From NCBI GenBank assembly GCA_965261615.1, contig OZ253461.1:313223-377222 (forward strand): DNA of 64,000 bases. The letters run 5' to 3'. Shown here piece after piece: positions 10,813 through 20,469 of this stretch. This DNA is from Alphaproteobacteria bacterium (GTDB taxonomy: Bacteria; Pseudomonadota; Alphaproteobacteria; Bin98). Every line of letters starts with the position of its first letter. Within the stretch, counting starts at the first letter, position 1. The notes beneath the pieces were generated by a model that saw only the letters and a list, made by a program, of their open reading frames with translations, was not told where the DNA came from and did not search any database. Both the position numbers and the translations under genes were made by a program.

Positions 10813-13002
10813 GTGAGTGTAATTCAGTTGTTAATATTTTTAAGTGTGAGTAGTATGGCCTCCAGTTTGGAAGAGGCTGTTCCAGCAAAAGGCGCGCCGT
10901 CGCCACTTTCATTACAAGAGGCTGGTTTTGATATAGGATTGCGAAAGGAAGCTTATGATCAATTAATAGGCGAGCGCAATAATATAGCTTGTGCTAGTCC
11001 GAAGGCTATTCGCCTGTATAACAAACTGTGTGGGAATTGGAATTGCGTTTTGAAGGTGGTGGTTCCTACGGATCTGTTTCAGCCTATTCCCCTTGATGTT
11101 GAGAATACGATGGATGTGGTTGGTCCTTCGGAACAGTTTAAAGCAGCTTTGACTTTGTTTTATAATAAGGACTGTCTTAATGCGTTGAAATCACTTCCAG
11201 TATTGAAGGAGTGTGAGCTGGTTTTTTTAGATAATAGTTTAGTGGAGCTAAAAGCGGCAATTACAGACATTGTTCCGGAAGGAGCCGCTTTGCATGAGTG
11301 TATACGCAAGTTTGCAGAGAGGGATGATTGGTTCTGTACAGATGTTTTGGCCTGTGCAGCAGCGAGCATGTGCGTGGAAAATGCGCCTTTACTGAAAGGT
11401 GTGAACGTCAAGTTTTGTGAGTTTTTGGAGAGTTGCTGGAAGGTATGGCTTGCTAGATCGGAAGAAGTGCGCGCTTTATTTGCGCCACTGGAGGACTTGA
11501 TCCGAGGCGTGGACACGCCTACGTGTAATGCCGTAAAAGAGATTGACAGCACTGCCAAAAGGCTGCGTGACTACTTCGGCACTTCCACACAACCTTGTGG
11601 GAGAAGCCATTGCTTGACGAGCTCTTATACGCTTTATGATGCTTTGTGCCGAGTACAAGAAGGATCACTTGTCAATAAATTGAATTTTGAGTTTGCAATG
11701 CTTCTGCGCGGTGGAAGTATGGATAGTTTTTGGACGGATATCTTCAGTTTAAAGGAGGTAAGGAGTTTGTTGTTTATACACGAGTCGTGGGCGTCGCGCA
11801 GTGTCTCTTTAATGGAGGAGGTTGCCGTTAGTGAAACCTATATCGCAGAGTTTTGTCTTGCCTTTGTCTATGCGCAACCGGCTGCGGGCTTTGTTCAAGG
11901 TTGTGCTGTAGTGGGTGTAGACACGCTTTCTCGTTTTTGGGGGAGAAAAGATGTTGATACCTTTTCTCGAAGATTAGCGGCGCTTCCAGCAGGCAAAAGT
12001 ATGGAGGAAGATCCCGTGGGGATGTATCTGAACTTTTTAGAAAAAGGGGAGGGTGTTGATTGGTGGTCTGTTGTGCTGGGCGTGCTAAAAGGACGCAGTC
12101 AGCAGATTGAGGTAAGGAAAGATCCGCGTGTTGCCAAAGCATATTGGCATATTTGGCGGCGCGGAGTAGATCTGCGGGAGGCTTGTCAGTTTTTGCGTGG
12201 TGTGCACTCGCACACAACAAAAATGCAAGCCACTTCTGTTGAGGTTGATATCGCAAAGGCAAACCTGATTTGTACGGCGTGTTGCATGGCTAAGCGGGAA
12301 GGCTCTTTATGGAAAAGTGGTGGCCAATATATCAAAGAGATCAATATGTGCTTGGTGGATGAACTGCTTAATGTTCTGGATGAGATAATGCCGCAAAAAA
12401 CCCGCGAGTTTTTTCGTTTTGCTGTGTTGTGCTTGCCAAATGACGATATGTTGCCTGAGCAATGTAGTGATAGTTTGCTAGGGGGGGCGATATATAGTCA
12501 ATTAATTGTAGGAAAAGAGCCCTTGAACTTTATAGTGGATATGGTGCGGTCTGAGATCCATCCGGGCAACAGTACTGCAGAGGCATATTTGCGTTATTTA
12601 TCAAATGAATTTTCTGTAAAGAAACTTTTTAATATTTTGTCAGATCTGCTGAATGTGTCATTGCCCATAGAGGGTGAGAAACAATGGACAAGCGCGCTGT
12701 GCCCACGAATGGATATTGCTCGGTGTGTTTGGAGTGTCATTCGAGATAATAAGTGTTATCCTGGCGCACACCTTTCATACTTAAAGGCTTTGATTGTCTC
12801 GGAACAAACTGATGGGTCGTACGTAAGACAGGAGCTTCAAGTGCTGTGCTCATATATCCAGCAGAAAGAACAGGTGGCGAGCACTTTGAGTGTCTGGCCT
12901 TGCTGGGAAGATTTCAATTCTTTGTTTGCTAGTGGAGTGTCTGAGACTTTAGCGGAGCAACGAGATCGTTACTGTTACGTTAAGGGAGAGTTGCAACAAT
13001 AA
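10813..13002 (+). CDS. Secreted family protein (729 aa), S1 subfamily; GTG start
   Basis: RBS AGAGGGTG directly upstream of GTG. Signal peptide. 'YNKLCGNW', 'WFCTDVLACAAASM', NWW-like 'GEGVDWWSVVLGVLKG', 'FFRFAVLCLP' and C-module. Confidence 0.85.
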   Translation: MSVIQLLIFLSVSSMASSLEEAVPAKGAPSPLSLQEAGFDIGLRKEAYDQLIGERNNIACASPKAIRLYNKLCGNWNCVLKVVVPTDLFQPIPLDVENTMDVVGPSEQFKAALTLFYNKDCLNALKSLPVLKECELVFLDNSLVELKAAITDIVPEGAALHECIRKFAERDDWFCTDVLACAAASMCVENAPLLKGVNVKFCEFLESCWKVWLARSEEVRALFAPLEDLIRGVDTPTCNAVKEIDSTAKRLRDYFGTSTQPCGRSHCLTSSYTLYDALCRVQEGSLVNKLNFEFAMLLRGGSMDSFWTDIFSLKEVRSLLFIHESWASRSVSLMEEVAVSETYIAEFCLAFVYAQPAAGFVQGCAVVGVDTLSRFWGRKDVDTFSRRLAALPAGKSMEEDPVGMYLNFLEKGEGVDWWSVVLGVLKGRSQQIEVRKDPRVAKAYWHIWRRGVDLREACQFLRGVHSHTTKMQATSVEVDIAKANLICTACCMAKREGSLWKSGGQYIKEINMCLVDELLNVLDEIMPQKTREFFRFAVLCLPNDDMLPEQCSDSLLGGAIYSQLIVGKEPLNFIVDMVRSEIHPGNSTAEAYLRYLSNEFSVKKLFNILSDLLNVSLPIEGEKQWTSALCPRMDIARCVWSVIRDNKCYPGAHLSYLKALIVSEQTDGSYVRQELQVLCSYIQQKEQVASTLSVWPCWEDFNSLFASGVSETLAEQRDRYCYVKGELQQ

Positions 13003-13161
13003 GCTCGCTGGTGTACGATGTGTTTGACGTCATTGATATTTTTCAAGGAACCTGCTCTAAATTAGTTGGTTTTGTGTGTGAAAGCTTTCATGAGAGGATC
13101 GAAGCCTTGCTTTTGAGTGAAAGATTATATAAGATCTTTAGGCTAAGTTAAAGAGGTTGGT

Positions 13162-15096
13162 ATGGTATATATTTTCGTATTAATAGCATTGGGGTGCAGC
13201 GGCTTTGATGAGGTGGATTTGGGCGAATCTCAACCACAGCTTGAGAGCTTTGTGTACTGTGATGTAGAGCGGTGCAGGTTCGCCTATGAGTCTTTAATAG
13301 ATCGAATGCGGACTATGAAGCTAAAGAACTCTCATGTGGACGAGATTAAATTGAGTGAGGAACTAGCTTTTTTGGAAGAGAGTCCGACATCTTCTGGTTA
13401 TGTATGCCTGCAGAAGGTGCGGCTATATCAATTAGATGATTTGATTAACAAGTTGGATAGCATGCATCAAGAAAGGTCTGCTGAGTTTTTTGAATTTATG
13501 GTGCAGTGTTTGCCGGATCGATCTCCTGGCCTTGGAGATAGTTTGCCAGATGAGTCTGTGTTTAAGCAACTAATGCAAGGAAGCGATGTGCTCTCTTTTG
13601 TTGTGCAGATGGTTAAAGCAGACTGGTGTCGTGAACAAGTGATGGAAACAAGATCTGCTGGGGCGTATTTGCAATATGTTGCACCTCAGATGAGAGAAGC
13701 GGGGTTGTTTAAGATGCTAGAGCTCGTTCCTGATGCCGCGGAATTAGCGAGGCATAGCCAATGTAAGCTGACTGTGACCTCTCTTATTTGGAAGACTTTA
13801 AAGGAAACAGGTGTGAGTGATCTAAAGCCTTTGCTTTCATACCTGAAATTTGTGATATTGGATGAAAATATTCTGCATTTTCATGCCAAGCAAGAAATCA
13901 GATATATTGCTGAGTGTGTGTCGATCCTTGGTCAAAAAAGAATTGCTTATGATTTTCTAGAGGCAGGCCGCTCTCGTTGTGCTGAGTCTGGCCAAGAGGC
14001 TTGTTATGAGGTGGCTCGAAAGACACTGAAGCCTTCTGCGTGGGACTCTGTTGTGGATGTAATTGCCACCAGTGGAGCAAGTGTTGGTGTTTTGGCAGGT
14101 AGTGGCGCGGCTAATATGGATCTGGAAACAAATTACGCATATTTGTGGGAAGATCCGAAAGAATATGATGAGGAAAAGGACGCTTACGTATATTTGTGGG
14201 AGAGGTCGAAAGATGATGATGAGGAAGGTGAGGAAAAAGATGCAGCGGTTGATGTGATTCGTTGTGATGCCATTAAAGCTAGACGTGCATATGATGCTTT
14301 AGTTCAAGAACGAGGCGCCAGGGTTCGTAATAAAGAGCAAGCCGAGAAGGTTAGTGTTGGTTTGTTTGGAAAGCAAAAGCCCATGTCCTCAGAACAAACG
14401 AAAAGCGTTTGTTTTCAAAACTTTCCTATTAGTGAAGTGGAGGTGCTGATTTCTCTTTATGATAAGGAGCCGTGGCCGGCTGAGCTTTTTGACTTTATAG
14501 TGAGCGTTTTGCCTAGTGAGGCGCCAGCGATTGGTTGTGAATCGAGTTTGAAGAGCGAGTCGCTATACTCTCAGATGTTGTTCGGAAAAAACCTTCTGCA
14601 AATACTGGATCAAATGATTCGGGCAGATTTGGAGCGCGGAAGACTGTCGGCAAAAAGCTCTACTGCGGAATATTTACACTATTTAAGACCTAAATTTTTA
14701 GAATTCTGCTGGTTTCAGATGTTAGAGGGGGCTCATAAATGGTGTTTGCAAGATACAATATTGACTCCTTTGATCTGGGAGGAGCTTAAGGCAAAAGGTG
14801 TGCGGAATGTAGGGGGGCTATTAGGTTACCTAAAGAGTGTAATACTGAACCCAACGCTAAAGTTATGTTTTGCGCTTAAGGAAGTAAAAATAACTTGTGA
14901 TTTTTTAAGTGATCTTGGCAGTAAAAAAATAGCGAGAGATTTTTTGGATAAAGGTGTAGAGCGCATCGACACGCAAGACGCCTGGCAGAAATATGAGTAT
15001 GCGAAGCGGTTGTTGGTCCCTTCGTCCTGGGAATCTTTAAAAGAGATGGTGACCTATAGCGCTTCAGACTATGATGAATTGTGGAATGTACGTTAA
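13162..15096 (+). CDS. Secreted family protein (644 aa), double-C-module subfamily
   Basis: Signal 'LIALGCSG'. RBS AAGAGGTTGG. Two copies of 'FF(E/D)F(M/I)VxCLP ... YLxYxxPxxxE ... LSYLKFVIL/LGYLKSVIL ... DFL'. Acidic short repeat 'AY(A/V)YLWE...DEE' between them at about 14130–14245. Confidence 0.85.
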   Translation: MVYIFVLIALGCSGFDEVDLGESQPQLESFVYCDVERCRFAYESLIDRMRTMKLKNSHVDEIKLSEELAFLEESPTSSGYVCLQKVRLYQLDDLINKLDSMHQERSAEFFEFMVQCLPDRSPGLGDSLPDESVFKQLMQGSDVLSFVVQMVKADWCREQVMETRSAGAYLQYVAPQMREAGLFKMLELVPDAAELARHSQCKLTVTSLIWKTLKETGVSDLKPLLSYLKFVILDENILHFHAKQEIRYIAECVSILGQKRIAYDFLEAGRSRCAESGQEACYEVARKTLKPSAWDSVVDVIATSGASVGVLAGSGAANMDLETNYAYLWEDPKEYDEEKDAYVYLWERSKDDDEEGEEKDAAVDVIRCDAIKARRAYDALVQERGARVRNKEQAEKVSVGLFGKQKPMSSEQTKSVCFQNFPISEVEVLISLYDKEPWPAELFDFIVSVLPSEAPAIGCESSLKSESLYSQMLFGKNLLQILDQMIRADLERGRLSAKSSTAEYLHYLRPKFLEFCWFQMLEGAHKWCLQDTILTPLIWEELKAKGVRNVGGLLGYLKSVILNPTLKLCFALKEVKITCDFLSDLGSKKIARDFLDKGVERIDTQDAWQKYEYAKRLLVPSSWESLKEMVTYSASDYDELWNVR

Positions 15097-15240
15097 TTAA
15101 CAACTGGAGAGGAGTATCTTCCCCACAATGTTTGCTAAGAGTTCAAGAGAAGTGGGCAGATCTTGGGTGGTTAACAAAATTTAAGTTGTGCCCTAATAGA
15201 TTTGTGTTACAATGCCTGTAACAAAGGTCATGAGGTGAAA

Positions 15241-16953
15241 ATGGTATTGCGTTCTTTAATATTTTTAAGCTTAAACTGTATGGCGACAGCAGTAGAGGAA
15301 CCTCCTTTACAAGAGGCGGCTAGCTACATATCACGGGAATGTACAGCAGCGCAGTTGCTTCAGACTGACACGCCGAATGATGACCACGGTCAGGGAGTGT
15401 ATTTTGAGCGGGCAAAGGCGTTATTATGTATGCTGGAGCCTGTTTCTGAGTTGATACTGAGGATTGATCGCCCAGTGTGTAAGGCCCTTCAGGGTGTGTA
15501 TTGCGAAATGCAGCGCCTAAATCACCTTAGCAGTGAGCAGCCGTTGCCTTGGAGTCCTGCCCATAAGATTAAAAACCTTGAAGAGCTAATGGCCAGCTTG
15601 GTTCAGTTAGTGAACTCTGTAGACTCCTTGAACGTGAAGATGTTTCTTATGGGCTTAGGTGAAGATGCAAAAAGCCTTGTTGCAGAGATTGTGACAGCAC
15701 CTGAGGTGAGGACTCTGAAAGCTGACATGGCAGACCTTTCTTTCCTGGTGTGTTTAATGGAGGATGTGCAAGTTAGTGTGCATGATGTGACGGTGGTTTT
15801 GCTCGGATATGCTGAAAAAATTCATTTGCAGAATAACCGTAACTTTTTTTTACACTGGGGATTTATCCCTTACTCTTTTCCGGACAATATTGCCTATAAG
15901 TTTTTCTATGGGGAAAAAATTGATTTTTTCATTTGTCAGTTAATGGATGGCTGCAAGTCTTTGCAGGGAGTGTATGGGCGCCAAGTGCAAACATATCGAG
16001 CTTATTTAAATTGGCGCAACCAGGCCAATTGGTGGGATTTTAAAATTGGCTTGCTCCGTAGTGGTGTAAAAGATAGTGGTGCTGTTAGAGAGGAGTTTAG
16101 CTGGATAAAAGAAACGCTGCTGAGAGAAGGAGGTAATTTAGAAAACGCGCTTCAGTACCTTTGTAAGCTTGAGAGTCTTGTGTTGGAACCGCAGGTACGA
16201 AAAGATGCGATTCAAGAGTTAGTGGAGTGGCTGCATGTGGGTCGTGAAGGAGCCTCTGCGATATGGGGAGGTGGGCGAGTGCGCAAGGTGACAAAGCATC
16301 AACTCAATGAAGTGATCTGTAAGTTAGAGAAATTGCAGGAGAATAAGACAGAAGGCTTTTATAACTTCATAGTGCAGAGTTTGCCAAAGCAACGAGCATG
16401 GAGATTACGTGGTGTGACCCATGATTTGCCGGCGGGGCTGTATAAAGATGTGATTGAAGGGCACAATGCACTGCAGTTCATTGCGGATATGCTAGAAGCA
16501 GGCCAATCCAGCGCAAACCCAGACAGGAACCGAGAGGAAAGAGCTAGGTCTCAAAGAAATGCTAATTCGTATTTAGAATATTTGTGCACTCATTTATCTG
16601 TGAGTGCGTTGTTTGAGTTGTTAAAGCAAATAGCTCAGTTAGAAAGTATGTTTTTTTTGAGTGGTGTCATCTGGAAAGCGATTGAAAACAGGGGTTGGTG
16701 CAGTGTTAACAGTATCTTTTCTTACTTAGAGTTTGTGCAATCTTTAGAAGGGTCAGACAGCGATTATGTGGACAAAGAGGTGCAAAAGGCAGGGGATTTT
16801 TTATGCACGATGGGATATGAACGAAGTGGGCGAGTGCGTGTCAGAAGCAATCGTGTATGCCCTGGAGGTGTTGCGATGCAGAGACTGTCTGATGCACAAA
16901 AATTGGCACAAACATTAAGCGAAAATGAAGACACTGAAGGCTGTGTTTCTTAG
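15241..16953 (+). CDS. Secreted family protein (about 570 aa), 609-type subfamily
   Basis: Start reassigned to ATG 15241 (MVLRSLIFLSLNCMATA), after extended -10 TGtTACAAT (15205–15213) and RBS AGGTGA (15233–15238). 'PVCKALQGVYCEMQ', 'YLNWRNQANWWDFKIGLLRSG', 'FYNFIVQSLP' and C-module. Confidence 0.85.
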   Translation: MVLRSLIFLSLNCMATAVEEPPLQEAASYISRECTAAQLLQTDTPNDDHGQGVYFERAKALLCMLEPVSELILRIDRPVCKALQGVYCEMQRLNHLSSEQPLPWSPAHKIKNLEELMASLVQLVNSVDSLNVKMFLMGLGEDAKSLVAEIVTAPEVRTLKADMADLSFLVCLMEDVQVSVHDVTVVLLGYAEKIHLQNNRNFFLHWGFIPYSFPDNIAYKFFYGEKIDFFICQLMDGCKSLQGVYGRQVQTYRAYLNWRNQANWWDFKIGLLRSGVKDSGAVREEFSWIKETLLREGGNLENALQYLCKLESLVLEPQVRKDAIQELVEWLHVGREGASAIWGGGRVRKVTKHQLNEVICKLEKLQENKTEGFYNFIVQSLPKQRAWRLRGVTHDLPAGLYKDVIEGHNALQFIADMLEAGQSSANPDRNREERARSQRNANSYLEYLCTHLSVSALFELLKQIAQLESMFFLSGVIWKAIENRGWCSVNSIFSYLEFVQSLEGSDSDYVDKEVQKAGDFLCTMGYERSGRVRVRSNRVCPGGVAMQRLSDAQKLAQTLSENEDTEGCVS

Positions 16954-17109
16954 ATAACCAGAAGGTAGCAAACGTAAGGTACGTATATAGTGAGCTCTTG
17001 ATTGTATAAGAGTCAAAGGCCAAGCATAGCGCATTTTTGCATATGTTGTGATTGCGGCCTACGCATACCCTGTACTTGTTAGCTGTCTGGGCTGCGGAAG
17101 CTAAGGCTT

Positions 17110-17121
17110 GGGGGGGGGGGG
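17110..17121. repeat. Homopolymeric poly-G tract (G12) in the 448-bp intergenic region upstream of the 17402 gene
   Basis: Twelve consecutive G read directly from the sequence. Longest homopolymer in the window, inside an unusually long non-coding spacer (16954–17401). Confidence 0.9.
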
Positions 17122-17401
17122 AGATGATTTGCATGCGAAGGTTGATAATCGCAATACGCTAAGTTTTGTGATGAGGGTGGTTTCTTGTGAGGAAAAGGTA
17201 GCGACGGGGAAGGGGCGGCAAATCCAGATGGGTGGTTATATTGTGATTGCGAGCCAGATAATGACCTTGCTTTCCGGACGCACAGGAATCGCACCGGCAG
17301 AAATTCGGAATCAACGTGACTATGATTGCATAATATTTGTGGTTGTATAGAAGGCGCACTTGGGTTACAATAACCGAAATAGCGTAAGTGCTGGGAGATT
17401 C

Positions 17402-18307
17402 ATGGTGAAGGTCTGTGTTTTAGTTTTGATAGGTTTAAGTGTTTTTTCCGCTGAAGTGGCGTACAAGTGCGCAAGCGATCGAGTCCAGATGTCCCTGGAT
17501 CTTTTTGAGCCAATAGCAAAGTTTGTGTCAGGAATTGACAAGCCAGCGTCTCAAGCTGTAGCGTCTTTTTATGAACGTGAAAACGCATGCTCCCATACGG
17601 ATGTATCTGTATGGAAAACGCAAGGTGAGCCCGCAGACATAAGCGATTTGCTGGTAGGTTTACGTAAACTTCAAGCTGCTTGGACTTCTGATACAGATAG
17701 AGCAAGTTTTGATCTTCCTGGGCTATTGGCCCAGGTTAATATGGGGGGGGCTTTGGTTGGAGATCTTACAGCAAGTGGAGGAAAAGATGCTTATGGCGGA
17801 CTATTATTAGGCTATTTGGCACCTAAACTATCAATGGGAGAGTTATTTGAGCTGCTTAAGCAAGCTTCGGGCATGAAGTGCTACCGATCGTCTGTCGCAC
17901 TGCTTATTTGGCATGCTATAAAAAACAGGTTTGATCAAAGAGTTGATCAACTGGAGCCAGCATTTCAATATTTGAAGTTTTTAGTGATGCAGGAAGGGCT
18001 GTCTAATAGTTATGCGAAGAGTGAACTGGATAAGGTGAGCCAATATTTGTGTAACACTTATTGGTGTAATGTGGGTGCTAAAAAGTCTGCTGAGGAGTTT
18101 TTGACTACACATTGTGGTTCGTGTGAGAGTATAGCGCAAATGGAGTTGCTTGCATATGCTGGCGATGCACTGCAGCGAGCAGAGCAGGATGTCGCACTGA
18201 CAGAGTCGTCTGTGGATGATTCAGCGCCAGTGGAGTTGTGTGCATATCATGGTGCTGAACGGCAGAGGGAAGAGTGGAAGGTTGCGCTGACAGAATCGGC
18301 TTTATAG
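17402..18307 (+). CDS. Internally deleted 855-type family protein (about 301 aa)
   Basis: -10 'gTTACAAT' at about 17366. N-terminus 'DLFEPIAKFVSGIDKPASQAVASF' matches genes at 24899 and 34147 for about 110 aa, then joins directly to the C-terminal module 'YLAPKLSMGELFELLK ... FQYLKFLVMQEGLSNSYAKSELDKVSQYL'. The junction lies at a G8 tract (17743–17750). Confidence 0.75.
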   Translation: MVKVCVLVLIGLSVFSAEVAYKCASDRVQMSLDLFEPIAKFVSGIDKPASQAVASFYERENACSHTDVSVWKTQGEPADISDLLVGLRKLQAAWTSDTDRASFDLPGLLAQVNMGGALVGDLTASGGKDAYGGLLLGYLAPKLSMGELFELLKQASGMKCYRSSVALLIWHAIKNRFDQRVDQLEPAFQYLKFLVMQEGLSNSYAKSELDKVSQYLCNTYWCNVGAKKSAEEFLTTHCGSCESIAQMELLAYAGDALQRAEQDVALTESSVDDSAPVELCAYHGAERQREEWKVALTESAL

Positions 18308-18340
18308 ATTGCTGTTTGACTGGAGATAACAGAAAAGAGA

Positions 18341-20437
18341 ATGTCGCGTATAACAAAATTTTTAATACTTTTGAGCTGGGGCTGCGTAGCCGCTAGCCTG
18401 GAGAAACCCTCGGGAGAACTTGAGCGTGTAAATATTTCGTATCTTGCACAAGCGTATCATACTCTAGTCGTAAGGGCCCCTTATATGATGTTTGCAAATG
18501 AAAAGGCGATAGGTCTATATAATAATCTGTGCATGAGTTGGAGAGGGGTGTTGGGTGAGATAGTATCTTGTGAGTCATTTCAACCGCTGGTTGTGCAAAG
18601 TGGACCAGCTCCTACAAGCGCTAATTTCCTTCCGCTAAAAAACAGAGCTGCGGACTATTTGTTTAGCAATAGTCGTCAGATGTTAGTATGTCGTGTGCTT
18701 GATCTCTTGTGCGGCTTGAAAGAGCGGTTTGTTGATGCGAACGTGAAAGATTTAACAGAGGCGTTAATTCAGAGTCTTCCCAAAAACGATGATGTGCGCG
18801 AGTGCATACTCAAGTTTAAAACGGAGGTGGATTTTGTCATGTCAGAGGATCTTATGTGTGCGTGTGCGCGCGCGCAGCGGGATGGATCTAACTCTGTATT
18901 GAAGTGCTACGATGCCGATTTTTATGAATTTCTGTGTGCCGGAGAGCAGGGCTATACAGTACTTTTAGCAGAAAGTTTAGAGTTTTTTCAGCCTTTTTTT
19001 AAAATGATTTCGCAAGCTGACACTCCTCTGTTTGCTGTTATAAATAATGCGCGATTGAGGTATGAAGCTTTGCGAGCAGATTATGGTGGGAGATGTATTC
19101 ATTCAGATGACCATATCACAAACATTAGGGGTTTAACGGCTAAATTGCATACCCTGAAAGCCCAACTTGGCACCCGAAAAGAGGATGCGCAATTTGTGAC
19201 TTTATACTCTGGGCGGAGTGTAGACGATTTTTGGATGGAGGTGTTGAGCTATGTGCTTCAAAAAGGCACGGAAATGCAAGCTTCATGTGTGGGTACGCAA
19301 GGTTTCGTAGCGTTTTTAGAAAGCGTTGGAGTTGAGCCATCCATTATAGCTGAATTTTGCACAGTTGTTACACAGCGGTTAGGGTGTGGGACAGAGTGTC
19401 ACCATCTCGATAAAAACACAACATATTATAAATTTGTTTCTGGGGTGGAAATCAAGGGGTTTGTTCAGAGTTTGATTGACGGTCCATGTATTTGTACACG
19501 GGAAGGTTCCCCACCAGACCATCTTTTGCAATACATGGGTTTTTTAGTGACTCGCTCGGGGACTAACTGGTGGGAGGTGCTCGATGGATTGCAGGAAAGT
19601 GGCTGCCAATATGGGAAAAAAGGAGATCAGTATTTGGATACCGCTTGGGCTCACCTTGTGAGCGCGAGATTTGACTTAGCTGACGTGTGTGCGTACCTTA
19701 GTTTGATGGAGGAAAAGCTTGCTGCATTCCCGCAAGATCAGGCGCGGTTGGTGGAGATCGTGTGTAAAAGGATTAACCTTAGGTGTGGTGCTTGCAGTAT
19801 TTGGGCGGAGGATCGTGGTGTGAAATGGATGATGGGTAAGCTTAATAGCGCTTTGCATGCGATGCAGGGCTATAGAACCCCAGATATAAAAATAGTGAAC
19901 GTTGATATCACTAATGTGGATAAAATGATTGCTTTGATGGATCGTATGATCCGTGAGAGAAGTGTAGAATTTTTGCAGTTAGTTGTGAAATGTTTGCCGG
20001 AAAAGACAGGTTTTGGTGTGCCTCAAGGTGTGGGTTGTCTGGAAGAAGGGACTTTATACCGGGGTTTGCTAGAAGGTCACAATACACTGCATTTTTTGAT
20101 GAATATTGTGTCTTGTAAAGATAGGGCACACACAGGGCAAGAGCGGCAAATCGTGTATAATGTCTTAACAGAGTATTTGCAGCGATTAGGGTTTAAGTTG
20201 CTTGCCTTTGATCCACCACGGGCGTTGTCGGACGTGATACAGGCTCAGAGCAGGAACAGCGCGAGTGAGACGGTTCCACTTGATTGTGTGTTGGCGATGG
20301 TAAAAAAAAGCAAACAGTGGCGGGAAAGGCATGCTGAGCAAGCGTACTATTGGGGAGGAAGGCGGCTTTCTGATGGACGGGTGTACTTTTTTTGTGAGTC
20401 AAAGGATGAGGCGGAATATCGAGGGTCGCGGTTGTAA
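18341..20437 (+). CDS. Secreted family protein (698 aa), 720-type
   Basis: Signal MSRITKFLILLSWGCVAAS. 'GLYNNLCMSW', 'FLVTRSGTNWWEVLDGLQESGCQYGKKGDQYLD', 'FLQLVVKCLP'. Paralog of genes at 22585, 27498 and 36740. Confidence 0.85.
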   Translation: MSRITKFLILLSWGCVAASLEKPSGELERVNISYLAQAYHTLVVRAPYMMFANEKAIGLYNNLCMSWRGVLGEIVSCESFQPLVVQSGPAPTSANFLPLKNRAADYLFSNSRQMLVCRVLDLLCGLKERFVDANVKDLTEALIQSLPKNDDVRECILKFKTEVDFVMSEDLMCACARAQRDGSNSVLKCYDADFYEFLCAGEQGYTVLLAESLEFFQPFFKMISQADTPLFAVINNARLRYEALRADYGGRCIHSDDHITNIRGLTAKLHTLKAQLGTRKEDAQFVTLYSGRSVDDFWMEVLSYVLQKGTEMQASCVGTQGFVAFLESVGVEPSIIAEFCTVVTQRLGCGTECHHLDKNTTYYKFVSGVEIKGFVQSLIDGPCICTREGSPPDHLLQYMGFLVTRSGTNWWEVLDGLQESGCQYGKKGDQYLDTAWAHLVSARFDLADVCAYLSLMEEKLAAFPQDQARLVEIVCKRINLRCGACSIWAEDRGVKWMMGKLNSALHAMQGYRTPDIKIVNVDITNVDKMIALMDRMIRERSVEFLQLVVKCLPEKTGFGVPQGVGCLEEGTLYRGLLEGHNTLHFLMNIVSCKDRAHTGQERQIVYNVLTEYLQRLGFKLLAFDPPRALSDVIQAQSRNSASETVPLDCVLAMVKKSKQWRERHAEQAYYWGGRRLSDGRVYFFCESKDEAEYRGSRL

Positions 20438-20469
20438 TGGTGATGAAAGATTTTGTTGAGTGAGGAATT

